From Vicugna vicugna (Eukaryota): DNA of 64,000 nt. The translations under genes were made by a program, and so were the position numbers. Every line of letters starts with the position of its first letter. The stretch's first letter is position 1. Shown one piece after another: positions 62,786 through 64,000 of the stretch. The stretch lies in the NCBI GenBank assembly GCA_013265495.1, contig MU059403.1:1316960-1380959 (forward strand), in the 5' to 3' direction. Under the pieces are notes generated by a model. The model had not been told where the DNA came from, made no database searches, and worked only from the letters and a program-made list of their open reading frames with translations.

Positions 62786-63200
62786 ACACCAGAGCCAGGA
62801 GGTGGTAAAGTGGAAACAGCAGATCTTAGTCAGGAGTTACTGCAACAGGAGAAAGGAGCCCTCGGTGCGGGACCAGGCCCAGTTCTGGGACAAGCGGGGT
62901 TTATAGCCACGGAGCTGGGAGGAGCAGAGGGGTGGTGGGTGGACGGGAAACTATTAAGAGGAAACCTCAGGGTAAGGGGTTTTCTGGCCGAACCAACTGA
63001 CTGGACTCCTGCTGGAGGCAGGCCACGTGGTCGATGTCCTCTGGGGCGGGGGGACACGAGGGGTCTGGTCGGACATGAGAGCGGGGGCTTCTGGTTCAGT
63101 GGACTTAGGGTTCTTGCTGAACCGGGCCCTGAGCGCTTGCCCGAGGACGGGGCGGGGCCGGCTCGCAGGGCCCGTCTGGAGTCCAGCGTCTGGTCCAGGA
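62786..63200. mobile_element. Probable LTR element inserted in the L1
   Basis: A non-L1 block with LTR-like composition (gatcttagtcaggagttactgcaac, ggggtttatagcc, ggttcttgctgaac) interrupts collinear L1 sequence. Family and ends not determined. Confidence 0.4.
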
Positions 63201-63520
63201 GAGGGGCTTTGCTGGTCCCTGGGACCAGAAGTGCGGGGTCACGTGGCCAGCCTGGGGCAACCTTGTGAAGAGCTATTGGACTTTCTTCCTCAGGGGCTGC
63301 TCTGTTTTGTGTTCCCACCAGCAGGGTAGGAGGGCGCCTTCTCTCCACGTACTCATCAACTCCTGTATTTTCCATGTTTTTGATTCTGGCCATCCTGTGG
63401 TGTGACGTGGCCTCCTGTGGTTTTGCTTTGTGTCCCTGATGACTGAGGTGTTCGGCCATCTTTCCACGGGCCTAGTGGTCACTCGTCTCTCTTAGAGAAA
63501 CCTCCGTTCAAGTAACCACT
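63200..63520 (-). mobile_element. LINE-1 3' fragment, right part
   Basis: gaagtgcggggtcacgtgg...gttcccaccagcag...ttctctccacgtactcatcaac...ggccatcctgtggtgtga..tggcctcctgtggttttgctttg..tccctgatgactga. Confidence 0.75.
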
Positions 63521-64000
63521 GGACTAAAATGCCTTTCAGCGTAATGTACAAAGAGAACACAAATTCTGCGTGCGCCTGCGTGACTTCGCGAAGTGAACGC
63601 ACTTGTGCGGCCAGCACCCCCGCAGAGCTGGACCGGGCGGCACCACGGGAGCGCCCTGCTGGCCCGCTGGCCGCTGGCCTTGAGGGGCATGACGGGTCCG
63701 CTCTTCTCTTTGGAAAGCGTCAAGCTGGCCTCGCGTGGGGAACGGCCTTTACAAACGGCCCCTTGGAGAACACGTTTGTAAATAAATCTTGGACTGCATT
63801 TCTCCGCGTCCCCTCAGGAGGGCATCCTGGAGCGGGCGTCGCAGGTCGAATGGAACGCGTGTTTCAAAGCCCTCCTGACGTGCAGCCACATCAGTCATCT
63901 CCTTGCTTTCCCAGCAAAACGTCACGCGGCTCAGAGTCCAGGGCCAGGCAGACACCCAGGTGGAACGTGACTGAAGGCGGGAAGGCTTTTCAAAAAAGGA

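Overview
Mammalian genomic DNA from a GC-rich region with three N gaps (7915-8309, 53063-53075, 60434-60623). A camelid-type (Vic-1-like) tRNA-derived SINE and Cetartiodactyla-type L1/LTR repeats point to a camel, alpaca or llama. The window holds two convergent multi-exon genes in the order known from human 6q27. On the + strand is the 3' part of KIF25 (kinesin-14 motor): 7 visible coding exons from 2857 to the stop at 15762, polyA signal at 15838, and one expected exon not visible. On the - strand is an apparently intact FRMD1: 12 coding exons, 37279 to 24082, 554 aa from the most conservative ATG. The rest is introns and intergenic DNA with L1, L2, MIR, ERV1/MaLR LTRs, a MER33 remnant, two short tandem duplications and two CpG islands (about 52.5-53.4 kb and 61.8-62.7 kb). 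There are no rRNA, tRNA or CRISPR features, and most ORFs in the supplied track are artefacts of high GC. I found no firm evidence of a new biological system. The best leads are: (1) a hexamer repeat at 52.68-52.95 kb that reads as a Pro-Asp dipeptide exon one base out of frame with a strong splice donor; (2) an orphan CpG-island promoter with tandem CTCF sites; (3) the missing KIF25 exon; (4) patches of old L1 shifted to GC/CpG. Gene and repeat names come from my recognition of the families, not from database searches. Repeat boundaries are approximate unless TSDs are quoted.
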